This document shows positions 49,426 to 60,211 of a stretch of DNA of 64,000 bases, in pieces. The notes beneath the pieces are model-generated. The model ran no database searches. It worked only from the letters and a program-made list of their open reading frames with translations, and had not been told where the DNA came from. The DNA is taken from the NCBI GenBank assembly GCA_965216875.1, contig OZ244207.1, positions 6,752,001 to 6,816,000 on the forward strand, in the 5' to 3' direction. Positions within the stretch are counted from its first letter, which is position 1, and each line of letters begins with the position of its first letter. The stretch comes from Rubripirellula sp. Lineage in GTDB: Bacteria; Planctomycetota; Planctomycetia; Pirellulales; Pirellulaceae. The position numbers and the translations under genes were made by a program.

Positions 49426-51126
49426 ATGAGCGATTCACAGCTTCGAGGTATCGTTGTTGGTGCCGGCTACTTCAGCGATTTTCATCTGGACGGTTGGAAC
49501 CGCATTGAAGACACAACGATTGTTGCCGTGTGTGACTTGGACGCTGACAAAGCCCAGGCCGCGGCCGATAAGCACGGCGTCGATAAGGTCTATACCGAGG
49601 TAAGTGATGCGCTGCAAAACGAAACGATCGACTTTGTCGACATTGCAACGCCACCACCAAGCCACCTGCCGTTGATTCAACTTGCAATCGAACACAACAA
49701 GGCAATCATCTGCCAAAAGCCGATTGCACCCGATTGGCAGCAAGCACAAGAGATCTTTCGGATCGGGCGTGAGTACCAAAACACGTTCATGGTGCACGAG
49801 AACTTTCGCTTCCAACCTTGGTACCGCGAAATTCGACGACTGATCGATGGTGGCGTGATCGGTGACAAGATTCACACCCTTTCCATGCGCAGTCGAATGG
49901 GTGATGGATGGAGCGAGGATGCCTACATGAGTCGGCAACCTTACTTTCGCGAGATGCCGCGTTTGTTGATTCACGAAACGGGTGTGCACTTCATCGACAC
50001 GTTCCGCTATCTCGCCGGTGAGATCAAACAGGTGCATCCGATTTTGCGCCGCTGGAACCAAGACATTGTCGGCGAAGATGCGGGCGTGATTACGTTTGAA
50101 TTTGAATCAGGCGCGATCGGTGTGTGGGATGCCAATCGCTACAACGAATCGCGTTGTGATGACCCGCGTTACACCTTTGGCAACCTCTGCGTCGAAGGCA
50201 ACGGAGGCAGCATCTGGTTGGACGATTCCGGCAACTTGACGCTCAAGAAACTCGGCCAAGAACCTGAGCCGCATCCGTACCATCACGAGCGAATCGGCTT
50301 CGCTGGCGATTGTGTGAGGGCCACCCAGCAGCACTTTGTTGACGTGATCAAAGGGAAAGTGGCTTGCGAAACGTCGGCCGACGAATATGCCAAAACGCTG
50401 TTGGTGGTCGAGCAAATCTACGATGCGACAGCTCACACACGGAAGGTCATCGACCTGACACTGACGATCGACGAAACCCTCCCCAACGCCGATGTGGAAC
50501 CGGCCAAGTCGATCGAGAAAGATGGCTGGCGCGCGACAACACTCAAGCTCTACTCACACTGCGGCACGCACATGGATGCAACGTGCCACTTCTTGCCCTC
50601 TGGCCAGACGATTGACCAACTCGATCTGCAGGCTTGTTGCGGACGCGCTCGGATCGTCAACCTCGCGCCGGCGGGGCCGAAAGAGCTTCTGACGGTTGAG
50701 AAGTTCGAAGCCGCACTCACTAAACCGCTTGAGCCCGGCGAGCGATTGTTGCTGCGTACGGATTGGTACAAACAGTATCCCGATCCCGGTTATCGCAACG
50801 ACCTTCCCCGCATCTCCCTTGAGCTTGCTCACTACCTTGTCGACAACGAAGTGCGTTTGGTCGGCGTCGAGCCACCGAGCGTTGCCGATGTGAATAACGC
50901 TAAAGAGGTGACCGAGGTCCACCAAGTCATGTTCAAGGGGGGGATCGTCATTGTCGAAGGACTCATTCACCTCGATCAGATCGAGTCGACTTACTGTGAC
51001 TTCACGGCGCTGCCGTTGAAGATCGCCGATGGAGACGGATGTCCGGTCCGCGCGATCGCGATGACAGGCGGAGTGGAGCCTGATGCGCGCAAGAGTTTTG
51101 GATTTGGCAGGCAAGCGCGTAAGTGA
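49426..51126 (+). CDS. Gfo/Idh/MocA oxidoreductase fused to a cyclase (kynurenine formamidase-like) domain
   Basis: GAGYF, CQKP, HENFRF, GVHFID, then HCGTHMDA, LLRTDW, IVEGL, ALPLKI.DGDGCPVRA in a single ORF. Confidence 0.9.
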   Translation: MSDSQLRGIVVGAGYFSDFHLDGWNRIEDTTIVAVCDLDADKAQAAADKHGVDKVYTEVSDALQNETIDFVDIATPPPSHLPLIQLAIEHNKAIICQKPIAPDWQQAQEIFRIGREYQNTFMVHENFRFQPWYREIRRLIDGGVIGDKIHTLSMRSRMGDGWSEDAYMSRQPYFREMPRLLIHETGVHFIDTFRYLAGEIKQVHPILRRWNQDIVGEDAGVITFEFESGAIGVWDANRYNESRCDDPRYTFGNLCVEGNGGSIWLDDSGNLTLKKLGQEPEPHPYHHERIGFAGDCVRATQQHFVDVIKGKVACETSADEYAKTLLVVEQIYDATAHTRKVIDLTLTIDETLPNADVEPAKSIEKDGWRATTLKLYSHCGTHMDATCHFLPSGQTIDQLDLQACCGRARIVNLAPAGPKELLTVEKFEAALTKPLEPGERLLLRTDWYKQYPDPGYRNDLPRISLELAHYLVDNEVRLVGVEPPSVADVNNAKEVTEVHQVMFKGGIVIVEGLIHLDQIESTYCDFTALPLKIADGDGCPVRAIAMTGGVEPDARKSFGFGRQARK

Positions 51127-51239
51127 TATTCAGCGCATGTTGACCGAGGTTGCGCGCAATGGATACTGGACCTCACTAAGCGAGGTTAACGGGGAAATGC
51201 CCACGCTTCGTGCCACCACATCTCTTCTACGAGGACAAC

Positions 51240-51398
51240 ATGCGCAAGCTTCTCATCGTTCTTTTGTTGGCCCCTCTCGGGCTTTATTCCATTGCAGGAT
51301 GCGGGAAAGCGGAAAACAAAGTGATTCCGTTGCCCGCAGACTATGACGAAGCGGCTGAAACCGCAGCGGAAGAAGCAGAACTGGAAACAACTGAATAA
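51240..51398 (+). CDS. small acidic lipoprotein
   Basis: GAGGA RBS; signal peptide with IAGC lipobox; acidic tail. Confidence 0.75.
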   Translation: MRKLLIVLLLAPLGLYSIAGCGKAENKVIPLPADYDEAAETAAEEAELETTE

Positions 51399-51733
51399 CC
51401 CCGCAAATCCCACCAGGTGCTTAAGAATTTGCCATTTAATTTAAAAATTTGCTGGTAAATTCTAGAGGCCCCCGGATGGGCAATCGAATTGCTCCTCCAG
51501 AGTGGTCTCTTCACTTCATTCAAATACGAGTCGTATGCGGTTCGCTGCTGCGCGCTCAGGTAGTTCATCAAAGCGGCTTCTTCTTGCGATTGCAGGATGA
51601 AACGCAGGCGACTTTCCACGGGGGTCGCAAACCCTACTCAAAAGATCATTGGTGTCCCGATTTGGGCCCAATTCCTTGTTCAGGTGCAGGACCTATTTCC
51701 TGTTTTTCTTGTTTTTGTTTTTGAGGTTTTCGA

Positions 51734-52960
51734 ATGAATTCGGTTACGAGAAAACGCGGCGGTTTCACCCTGGTGGAACTCCTCGTTGTGATTGCGATCA
51801 TCGGCGTTTTGGTTGGTCTGCTGTTGCCAGCGGTCCAAGCGGCGCGCGAAGCAGCTCGCCGTATGAGTTGCAGCAACAATTTCAAGCAGATTGGTTTGGC
51901 GTTTCACAACTACCATTCGGCATACAAGCAGCTCCCGCGGCATCAGGGCGGGACGTGGGTCGACAACAACACGCCGCAGAACATGAACAACCGCTATTCG
52001 CTTAGCGCGTTGGTTGGCATCACGCCATTCATGGAGCAGCAGCCGCTTTGGGAATCGATTTCGCAGCCCAACCAAGAGCGTCTTGATGGTGGCGTTCAGA
52101 GTCCTCCCTACCCTGCGATGGGACCTGCACCCTGGGTTGGCCAATACGTTCCTTGGCGGACGGAAATCCCGACGCTTCGCTGCCCAAGCGACCCCGGGTC
52201 CGGTCTGCCTGCGATGGGCCGAACCAACTACGGGCCGTGCCTGGGTGACTCCGTTGACTTTATGAACAACGGGCCCATCCAAATTCAAATGGGCGTGGAG
52301 CGTAAGCCAGCCGCAAACTGGGTCGCCATCCGCGCTCGCAGTGCCTGCCGCGGTGTATTCACTGCTCGCCAGGACACCAAGTTCCGCGACATTCTTGACG
52401 GAATGGCCAACACGATCATGGCTGGCGAAATCGCAACCGACCTGGGTGACCGCGACACTCGAACGATCGCTTCGATTCGTAACGGCACGGGCAACGTGCG
52501 TGGCAATGCCAAGTACTGCGTTGATCAAGGTCAGGTCAGCCCCGAGCGACCTCAGTTCTGGTCCAACGGATCCGATGGCGGTACCGCTCCAACACTGGCC
52601 GGCGTCGCTCAAGGCCGCGGTTACCGCTGGGCCGATGCGGGAACCGTCTGGAACGACGTGTTGACCATCTTGCCACCCAACGACGAGCTCTGCTTGGGCG
52701 GTGGCAACAACGGCGGCGTTGGTGCTCCCGGTACCGCTCCGATGAGCAGCCGTCACCAAGGTGGTGCTCACGTGTTGATGGCCGACGGTGCGGTGATCTT
52801 CATGTCCGACTCGGTTGAAGCGGGTGATCAGCGACATGAAAACGTCTGGCGAAATGGAGCGGGCGCAGCGATGCCAGGTTCGCAAAGCCCATTTGGTCTC
52901 TGGGGTGCCCTCGGTACTCGTGCCGCCAAGGAAGTGATCGAAGAAGAGCTCAATCAGTAG
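51734..52960 (+). CDS. DUF1559 prepilin-like protein, paralog 1
   Basis: [46 protein letters not shown] (H-X9-DG). Confidence 0.95.
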   Translation: MNSVTRKRGGFTLVELLVVIAIIGVLVGLLLPAVQAAREAARRMSCSNNFKQIGLAFHNYHSAYKQLPRHQGGTWVDNNTPQNMNNRYSLSALVGITPFMEQQPLWESISQPNQERLDGGVQSPPYPAMGPAPWVGQYVPWRTEIPTLRCPSDPGSGLPAMGRTNYGPCLGDSVDFMNNGPIQIQMGVERKPAANWVAIRARSACRGVFTARQDTKFRDILDGMANTIMAGEIATDLGDRDTRTIASIRNGTGNVRGNAKYCVDQGQVSPERPQFWSNGSDGGTAPTLAGVAQGRGYRWADAGTVWNDVLTILPPNDELCLGGGNNGGVGAPGTAPMSSRHQGGAHVLMADGAVIFMSDSVEAGDQRHENVWRNGAGAAMPGSQSPFGLWGALGTRAAKEVIEEELNQ

Positions 52961-53011
52961 GCGCTTGCCCTGCTTTGGCTGGCTTGATTGCCGTCACTTC
53001 ATAGCTATTTT

Positions 53012-53044
53012 GAGCCGCCCCCTCTCTTGTGGGGGCGGCTTTTT
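53012..53044 (+). terminator. intrinsic terminator
   Basis: gagccgccccc-tctcttgt-gggggcggct followed by a T tract. Confidence 0.85.
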
Positions 53045-53388
53045 GTTTGGCAACCCTAGGTGTTTGGTTATCCGGGGAGAAATGTGCGGTTAGGAGTCTC
53101 GTTTACGCGACCTTTATTGTGGATCACCGGGTTTCATCCTTTAAGAAATCACGTTCGAACTACGATGGGGCTTTAGCGACAACCGCGGATTCCCCGCTTT
53201 TCTCTTTGGGAGACATTCTTGTCTCGACTCGGCTGACGATCTTTTGATTCGCGCGCTTGAGATGAGTTCAGCTTTCGATATTCCGAATCTTCAAGGCAAT
53301 CGTCTTGGAGTGGTCGTTCGTCGCGTGAGAATTGCGCGGCGATGAAGCGATCGTTCATTTAGATGTAATAAAAATTGGTCACCTTTCG

Positions 53389-54615
53389 ATGCGTCATCAA
53401 ACAACACACACTCCCCAGCGCGCTGGATTCACTTTGGTCGAACTGCTGGTGGTCATTGCGATCATCGGCGTCCTGGTCGGCTTGCTCTTGCCAGCCGTTC
53501 AAGCGGCCCGCGAAGCAGCGCGCCGCATGAGCTGCAGTAACAACTTCAAACAGATCGGTCTGGCACTGCACAACTACCACGCGGCCTACAAGCAATTGCC
53601 GCGGCATCAAGGCGGAACATGGTCGGATGGAAACGTACCAACCGACATGAATAACCGTCTTTCGTTGTCGTTCTTGGTGGGTGCAACACCGTTCATGGAA
53701 CAGCAGGCGTTGTGGGAGCAGATCTCGAACCCGAGCCAAGATCGTGTTGATGGTGGCATCCAATCGCCGCCTTACCCTGCGATGGGGCCGGCTCCGACGG
53801 TTGCCCAGTACGTTCCATGGCAAACGGAGATCCCAACGCTGCGTTGTCCGAGTGACCCGGGGCGAGGGACACCTGCTGCTGGTCGAACCAACTATGCGGC
53901 ATGTCTCGGCGATTCGATCGACTTTATGGACAGCGGTCCTGTCCAAATCGACAACGGCATCCTCATCAACCCTCCTCAGGCTTGGGTTCCCAACCGAGCG
54001 CGTGCTGCGTGTCGCGGGGTGTTTGTGGCGCGCAAGGACACCAAGTTCCGCGACATCCTTGATGGCCTGTCCAACACCATCATGTGTGCTGAAATCACCA
54101 CCGACTTGGGTGACCGTGACGTGCGTACGATTCCGTCGCTCAGCAACGGTCACGACGAAGTGCGCGACGAACCCGATCACTGTGAGCACGAGCAACAAAT
54201 CAGTCGTGATCGCCCGCGGTTCTGGTCCGATGGATCCGATGGCGGGAATGTTCCGACCTTGGCGGGTTCAGCGGAAGGGCGAGGCTATCGCTGGGCGGAT
54301 GCCGGAACGGTTTGGACCGACATGAACACGATCCTGCCACCTAACGGCCACCTCTGTTTCGGAGGCGACAACGTGGACACCCCTGGCATCGCGCCCGCCA
54401 GTAGCCGTCACCAAGGTGGCGTTCACGTGCTGATGGCCGACGGCGCGGTGATCTTCATGACCGACTCGATCGAGGCGGGTGACATCCACCACGGAAACGT
54501 TTGGCTGAGCGGCGTCGACGAATCGGTGCCCGGTTCGCCAAGCCCGTATGGCTTGTGGGGTGCCTTGGGCACTCGTGCCGGCAGGGAAGTCATCGAAGAA
54601 GAGTTGAACCAGTAA
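53389..54615 (+). CDS. DUF1559 prepilin-like protein, paralog 2
   Basis: same motifs as paralog 1 and the same length (1227 nt). Confidence 0.95.
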   Translation: MRHQTTHTPQRAGFTLVELLVVIAIIGVLVGLLLPAVQAAREAARRMSCSNNFKQIGLALHNYHAAYKQLPRHQGGTWSDGNVPTDMNNRLSLSFLVGATPFMEQQALWEQISNPSQDRVDGGIQSPPYPAMGPAPTVAQYVPWQTEIPTLRCPSDPGRGTPAAGRTNYAACLGDSIDFMDSGPVQIDNGILINPPQAWVPNRARAACRGVFVARKDTKFRDILDGLSNTIMCAEITTDLGDRDVRTIPSLSNGHDEVRDEPDHCEHEQQISRDRPRFWSDGSDGGNVPTLAGSAEGRGYRWADAGTVWTDMNTILPPNGHLCFGGDNVDTPGIAPASSRHQGGVHVLMADGAVIFMTDSIEAGDIHHGNVWLSGVDESVPGSPSPYGLWGALGTRAGREVIEEELNQ

Positions 54616-54671
54616 CGGCGATTGCAATTGCGCTTCCACCAGAAGGAATTCTTGCCCAAGTTCACATAACG

Positions 54672-54762
54672 GAGCCGCGATCACGTAAGCGGCCGGGCCT
54701 TAATCGCCTTCACAGCAGCTGCGCGGCGGCAAGGGCCCGAGGCCTGACGGCCAGCGGCTCAC
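54672..54762. repeat. family E inverted doublet
   Basis: matches 40-129. Confidence 0.8.
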
Positions 54763-54828
54763 GGGCACTGCCCAAGAAGTTGCTCTGGTGGCACCAAGAT
54801 TGCAATCCCCAGCACTCGTCTGCGGGAT

Positions 54829-55380
54829 CTAGCCGGGACCCCTGGCAACGCGGATTCCGCACCGCTGTTCGATGATGTCCATGTGATGGTGCAAATGGCC
54901 CGCCGCGATCCAAGCGGTCGCTCGCACCGATACCGAAGTGCCATCCGCCTCGCCGCGGCGATCCCAGGCTGCGGGGATGATTCGGCGTAGCAAGGCTGTG
55001 TTGGCTTTCCGTAGATCGGCAAGTTCGGCGACCAGATGAGAGAGGTTACCAAGTCCGAATCGGCTGTCGGCGTAATCGTTTTCGCGCCACCCCGGCAAGG
55101 GCGTGGTGTCACCGGCCGCAAACCGTAGCATTCGGTAACCGAAAACTCGCTCGGCATCCGCACAATGTTCGAACACCTGACGTATGGTCCATTGGTAAGG
55201 CGCGTGAATCTTGTCTGTTTGCTCGGTGCTAATCGAACCTGCGAGTTCGCAAAGCCAGTGGAGCTGGTTGTCCATCGCGGACAATACACAGTCGCCATCC
55301 ACTTTGCCGATCAACATCGAGTGGTAGTCGGACGTGAATTCCGATGATTGCGGGCGGCGACTTACAAAAGAATTCATCAT
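54829..55380 (-). CDS. DinB/YfiT family protein
   Basis: WTIRQVFEHCADAERVF.YR.LRFA.GD, AGHLHHH. Confidence 0.88.
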   Translation of the reverse strand: MMNSFVSRRPQSSEFTSDYHSMLIGKVDGDCVLSAMDNQLHWLCELAGSISTEQTDKIHAPYQWTIRQVFEHCADAERVFGYRMLRFAAGDTTPLPGWRENDYADSRFGLGNLSHLVAELADLRKANTALLRRIIPAAWDRRGEADGTSVSVRATAWIAAGHLHHHMDIIEQRCGIRVARGPG

Positions 55381-55519
55381 TCGGTTCGGTCTGCTGAGAT
55401 TGTCTCTTATCGTCAATCCGCACGCGTTTGGCTGCGGGCAACGTGGGTGATTGTCATCATGAAAGTGTACTGTAACACTCTACCCGAATTGCGGAATTGA
55501 CAGTGGTCATATAGGTGGG

Positions 55520-56113
55520 GTGCAAGTGGAACGATTCATTATCCTAGGCGGTGCAGCGATGGTGGCGATAGGTGTCGCCATGATGTTGCTGACGCATCGC
55601 AAGCTACGGGTGCTTGATCGCAAGGCGCGCGATGGTTGGGAGTCGATACATGGCCTGTTGAGTGAGCGTCAACTGGTTGCCTCGGCTCTGCTGGATTCGT
55701 TGAATCATGTTCACGGTGAATCGATGCTCTCGGAGCGTTTGGGCGATGCGATCAAGCAGGCGTCCCATTGTCTGCAAGGCGTGTCGGAAACGAACTTGCC
55801 TCACGAAGTCGACGAAGTCTGCGATTCTCAACGAGACCTGTGTGCAGCAATCGACTCGGCCGTTGGCAAACTTTCACAGCCTGGTGTTGCAAGTCAACAC
55901 GATTCGATCGGCGGGTGCTTGAAGGGGATCGAGAGCATCGAGGAGCGGATTCAAATTGCACGCGTGGGCTTCAACGACGCAGCAACCACGTATGTCGTGT
56001 TTGCCAACAGCACGTTTGCGTCGCTGGTGGCCAAGCTGTCGAATGGTCGTACCCAGTTGCACCTACTCGACTGGGATCCAGCTCCCAGCAGCATCCGTAG
56101 CCCAATCACGTAG
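55520..56113 (+). CDS. LemA family protein (divergent)
   Basis: N-terminal TM, W..I...L.ER, IEERIQIARVGFND. Confidence 0.7.
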   Translation: MQVERFIILGGAAMVAIGVAMMLLTHRKLRVLDRKARDGWESIHGLLSERQLVASALLDSLNHVHGESMLSERLGDAIKQASHCLQGVSETNLPHEVDEVCDSQRDLCAAIDSAVGKLSQPGVASQHDSIGGCLKGIESIEERIQIARVGFNDAATTYVVFANSTFASLVAKLSNGRTQLHLLDWDPAPSSIRSPIT

Positions 56114-56228
56114 GTGTTTCACCAAGTTCACACAAGTTACGTAGGGTGTGTGCTTGCACGCACCAAGATTGGTTCTCGCGGTGAATGAGCGAAAAACTGG
56201 CGGATAGCGTCTTGCTGCTCACTCGTTG

Positions 56229-56954
56229 CTACAGCGTTGCGAGCATCTTTCCTGTGGTGATGACCGCACCCTGATCGATGGTGTGTTCGCCGTAAAAGGA
56301 ATGGAAGTCAACATCGACGCCACCGCTGGTCATCAGGTCTCGCAGCGTTTCAGCGCTACTGTGTGGCAGGATTGGGTCGATTTGGCCGTGCGATTGAAAG
56401 ACTTTGGTGTCTGCAAGTCGGCTTAGGTTTTCCGCCCAGACGTTCTGGCACACCGTGGTACCCGAGAATTGAAACAGCAACGTAGGCGGATCGATGTTGC
56501 CGCGAAGCGATGTGTTCATCGTCAGCATGGCACCCTGAGAAAACCCACCGAGGACAATCGCGGTGGGCGCTCCATCGAGGCCGGCAATCATTTGTTCGAT
56601 GGCGTGCCCGAGTTGTTCCGTTGCTGCTTGGATTCCAGGTGGTTCTTTGTCATGAAGTTCATCGAACCGGTTGCCTTCAACATGGTCGAGTAGCTGAGCC
56701 ATGTTGATCGGCCACCAGGCGTGACCATCAGGCATTCCCAATTCGGCAAGCGTTTGCGGGGCTTCGGGAAAAAGAAACCGAAACTTTGCAAACGAGTCAC
56801 CGAGTATCGAGTGCCACTCGCCGACAAGGCCGACCAGGTCGCGGCCTGAGGCACCGTAACCATGGCACAAGATGACGAGGATGGAAGGGTTGTCGCTTCC
56901 ATCGACTTGGTAGCAGTCAATGGATCCGTAACGCACGAGTCGTGCTTGAATCAT
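56229..56954 (-). CDS. phospholipase/carboxylesterase (alpha/beta hydrolase)
   Basis: HGYGA, GGFSQG, HGQIDPI, EHTI. Confidence 0.9.
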   Translation of the reverse strand: MIQARLVRYGSIDCYQVDGSDNPSILVILCHGYGASGRDLVGLVGEWHSILGDSFAKFRFLFPEAPQTLAELGMPDGHAWWPINMAQLLDHVEGNRFDELHDKEPPGIQAATEQLGHAIEQMIAGLDGAPTAIVLGGFSQGAMLTMNTSLRGNIDPPTLLFQFSGTTVCQNVWAENLSRLADTKVFQSHGQIDPILPHSSAETLRDLMTSGGVDVDFHSFYGEHTIDQGAVITTGKMLATL

Positions 56955-57078
56955 GTTGGGAAGGTCCGTTGCGCGTCGCGGAAGCGGCGTTTGAGGCGGG
57001 GTTGCGATATCGGCCGAACGGGTTCGGCCGATTCCAAGAATTCGAACGCAAGCACACCACCGGTGGGGACAACGAAGT

Positions 57079-59040
57079 CTATTGGCCCGAGGTTGGCATG
57101 CCGAGCTGACGCATCTTTCGATAAAGATTCGATCGATGCAACCCGAGGCGTCCGGCGGCATCGGTCATGTTGCCACCACAGGCTGCGATCGCCGAGTCGA
57201 TGTGCTCGACTTGGAAACGCCGTGTTGCTTCGCTGAGCGTTGATGCTTCGGAAGCGTTGGCGACACGGCTGGCCGGCGATCCGCTTAGCATCAAGTCGTC
57301 GACGGCGATTTCATCTTCCGTGCAAAGGTAACAAACTCGTTCGATTGTGTTACGCAACTCACGGATGTTACCGGGCCAATCGTGAGCCATCATGGCGTGT
57401 TTTGCCGGTTCGCTAAAGGTCGGGATTTGGCGCCCGATCTGGTAGCAGAACTGTTCAAGGAAGTGATTGGCCAATCGCAAAACGTCTTCGCCCCGTTGGC
57501 AGAGAGGCGGAAGGGTCAGCGAGACCACGTTGAGTCGGAAGAACAGGTCTTGTCGGAATCGTCGCTGCTCGATCAGCTCTTCAAGCGGCTGGTTGGTCGC
57601 CGCGATGACGCGTACGTCGACTGGAATGGTTTGCGACCCGCCGACGCGGACGACAACTTTCTCTTCCAAGACTCTCAGCAATTTGGCTTGTCCGTTGGGG
57701 CTCATGTCGCCAACTTCGTCAAGGAACAGCGTGCCACCGGTGGCAAGTTCGAACTTGCCAACTCGAGTCTGGTTTGCGTCGGTGAAAGCACCTTTTTCGT
57801 GCCCGAACAATTCGCTCTCGAGAAGGGTTTCAACGAGAGCAGCGCAGTTGACGGCGATGAACGGTCCGTTGCGTCGCTCGCTTTCGTAGTGGATGTGCCG
57901 CGCGAGCACTTCTTTGCCCGTTCCGTTCTTGCCGAGCACCAAGACCGTCAAGTCGGTGCCGGCGACCTTTGCCGCACTTTGGCGAACCGCTTCGACTGCT
58001 GGATGGTTACCGACCAATTGGGTTGCCGACGCTGCATCCTCGACAAGTCGATCGCGAGATTCCGTGAGCGTACGACGCTTACGTAGTGATTCAATGGCGA
58101 CGGCGGCATGCGAAGCAAGGTCCGTTATGACAGCGACGTCAAAGGCATCAAAGCCGTCGCCGTTATGGTTGATCGCCTCAAACACACCAATCAACTCATC
58201 GCGTCGGCCGCCCATCGGCACCGCGGCGAGAGAGCGCGTTTGGAAATCGAGCTTCTCGTCGACCTTTCGGTTCACTCGGCTTTCGTCATCGCTATCACTG
58301 TTCCAGATTTTAGGTTCGCCGCTAGCGAGCACTTCACCAACGACGCCCGCGTTGTCGTCGACTTCAAGTCGGTTACCTTCGATGCCAAGTGCGGGACGCC
58401 CGATCAGCTTTTTGCGGCGACGATCCCACAAAAAGATGCTGGCGCGTTCGCAGTTGACAAGTTGCGTTGCCGTATCGGCAATCGCACGCAGTAGCGAGTC
58501 GTCATCGTCAAGTCGTTGCCACTGCGAAGCGGCATTCAAAACGGCTGACAATTGATCGAGACGTCGGCGCTGTTGATCGGTTGAATCAATGCGTTGCAGT
58601 GCGGCGGCGAGAACGGTGGCGGCCTCTTCGGCAAACGCAGAACGTTTGTCTTGAGGACCGACGTTGGGCAAATGCAGTGCCAGCGCGCATACCTGCGGAG
58701 GCGCGGACATCGGGTCGTTTGCACCGGCAGGCAAAGCGAGTGGAACGATGCACCAGTCGTTTGCAGTGCAAAGCGCGCCGCGGTCGACCGCCTCACTCAC
58801 GAGAGCTTCTGGCGGCGACAGGGGCTGGCCAACCCAAGCGTCTCGTTGCCAGCGACCGGCGTCTTGAGAAACAAGCCCGCCAAGGTCCCCACCGACCATG
58901 CCGAGCACGTCTGGAAGGACCGAATTCAAAAAGGCGTCACGCGACTGGTCAACTTGGAACGCTTTGACTAATTCAAAAGCGAGTCGAACTTCGGTCGGGT
59001 CTTCGAAGGTTTCGTGTGGATCAATCAATGTATCACTCAC
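57079..59040 (-). CDS. GAF-domain sigma-54-dependent Fis-family activator
   Basis: GAF region, GKNGTGKE, ESELFGHEKGAFTDA, FLDEVG, WPGNIREL, C-terminal HTH; start inferred. Confidence 0.93.
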   Translation of the reverse strand: MSDTLIDPHETFEDPTEVRLAFELVKAFQVDQSRDAFLNSVLPDVLGMVGGDLGGLVSQDAGRWQRDAWVGQPLSPPEALVSEAVDRGALCTANDWCIVPLALPAGANDPMSAPPQVCALALHLPNVGPQDKRSAFAEEAATVLAAALQRIDSTDQQRRRLDQLSAVLNAASQWQRLDDDDSLLRAIADTATQLVNCERASIFLWDRRRKKLIGRPALGIEGNRLEVDDNAGVVGEVLASGEPKIWNSDSDDESRVNRKVDEKLDFQTRSLAAVPMGGRRDELIGVFEAINHNGDGFDAFDVAVITDLASHAAVAIESLRKRRTLTESRDRLVEDAASATQLVGNHPAVEAVRQSAAKVAGTDLTVLVLGKNGTGKEVLARHIHYESERRNGPFIAVNCAALVETLLESELFGHEKGAFTDANQTRVGKFELATGGTLFLDEVGDMSPNGQAKLLRVLEEKVVVRVGGSQTIPVDVRVIAATNQPLEELIEQRRFRQDLFFRLNVVSLTLPPLCQRGEDVLRLANHFLEQFCYQIGRQIPTFSEPAKHAMMAHDWPGNIRELRNTIERVCYLCTEDEIAVDDLMLSGSPASRVANASEASTLSEATRRFQVEHIDSAIAACGGNMTDAAGRLGLHRSNLYRKMRQLGMPTSGQ

Positions 59041-59392
59041 GTTATCTGCTCGCTCTGATAAATGGGCACAACTCGGACTGCTCCACCCGCCCGGCCGTTG
59101 GCTCGTTGTTTGACCAATGGCCGCATGCTGACCCGAGCCCAAAAAAAGGAGCTGCGAGTCGGCTTGGCAGAAGGAGTCTCATTTGGCCGTCGCGGATCCC
59201 ACCGTCATGGTGAGCCGCAGCACGGCATACTGACGAGACGCGCCTGAGACCATTATCAATCAATGCCTCGGGTTTTTCAGGCAAATGCCCGATCATTTTC
59301 AGGCAAATGGACGAAGTCACGCGCGCCGCGTTATGTTGTTTGTTCCACGACCGATGCGGCCGGGTAATCCATCCAAGAGGGAACGTTTCGAG

Positions 59393-60205
59393 ATGCAATT
59401 CAAGGGTAAAAAAGGGCTAATCATTGGCGTGGCCAACGACCATTCGATCGCCTGGGCCATCGCCAAATCCATCATGGATCAGGGTGGTGAATGTGGATTC
59501 ACACACTTGCCTGATCGCGAGGATGACGAGCGGAAACGTAATCGGCGGCGTGTTTCACAACTGACCGACAAATGCGAGAACGCTAAATTCCTCGTGCCTA
59601 TGAACGCGCAGAAGGACGGCGACATCCGCAGTGTTTTTGAACACACTGCCGAAACGTTCGGGAAAATCGATTTTCTGCTGCATTCCATCGCGTTTGCCGA
59701 CACCAAAGATCTCGCCGGCGACACGGTCGATACGAGCCGAGAGGGTTTTAAATTGGCGATGGATGTCAGCGTCTATTCGCTGATCGCCTGTGCCGCTGCC
59801 GCCAAAGACATCATGAATCCGGGCGGGGCGATCGCAACGATGTCCTATTTTGGTGGCGAGAAGTGTGTGCCTGGTTACAACGTGATGGGGATTTGCAAGG
59901 CGGCGCTTGAAGCCTCGGTACGATACTTGGCCTACGACATGGGACCCGCGGGAGTTCGCGTCAACGCCCTTTCGGCTGGACCGATTCGTTCACTCGCCGG
60001 TCGCGCTGCGGGCGTCGAAGACATGCTCAAGCTCTACCAACACATGGCCCCGCTTGGAAGAAACATCAGCCAAGAGGAAGTTGGCAAGACCGGCGCCTTT
60101 CTTCTGAGCGATGCGAGCGATGGGATCACGGGCGAAGTGCTACACGTCGATGGTGGCTACAACGCGATGGGAAGTCCCGGTCGCTTGCTCGAACAGATGA
60201 ACTAG
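59393..60205 (+). CDS. fabI: enoyl-ACP reductase
   Basis: GVANDHSIAW, HSIAFA, YNVMG..KAALE, SAGPIRSLA. Confidence 0.95.
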   Translation: MQFKGKKGLIIGVANDHSIAWAIAKSIMDQGGECGFTHLPDREDDERKRNRRRVSQLTDKCENAKFLVPMNAQKDGDIRSVFEHTAETFGKIDFLLHSIAFADTKDLAGDTVDTSREGFKLAMDVSVYSLIACAAAAKDIMNPGGAIATMSYFGGEKCVPGYNVMGICKAALEASVRYLAYDMGPAGVRVNALSAGPIRSLAGRAAGVEDMLKLYQHMAPLGRNISQEEVGKTGAFLLSDASDGITGEVLHVDGGYNAMGSPGRLLEQMN

Positions 60206-60211
60206 AACGTC

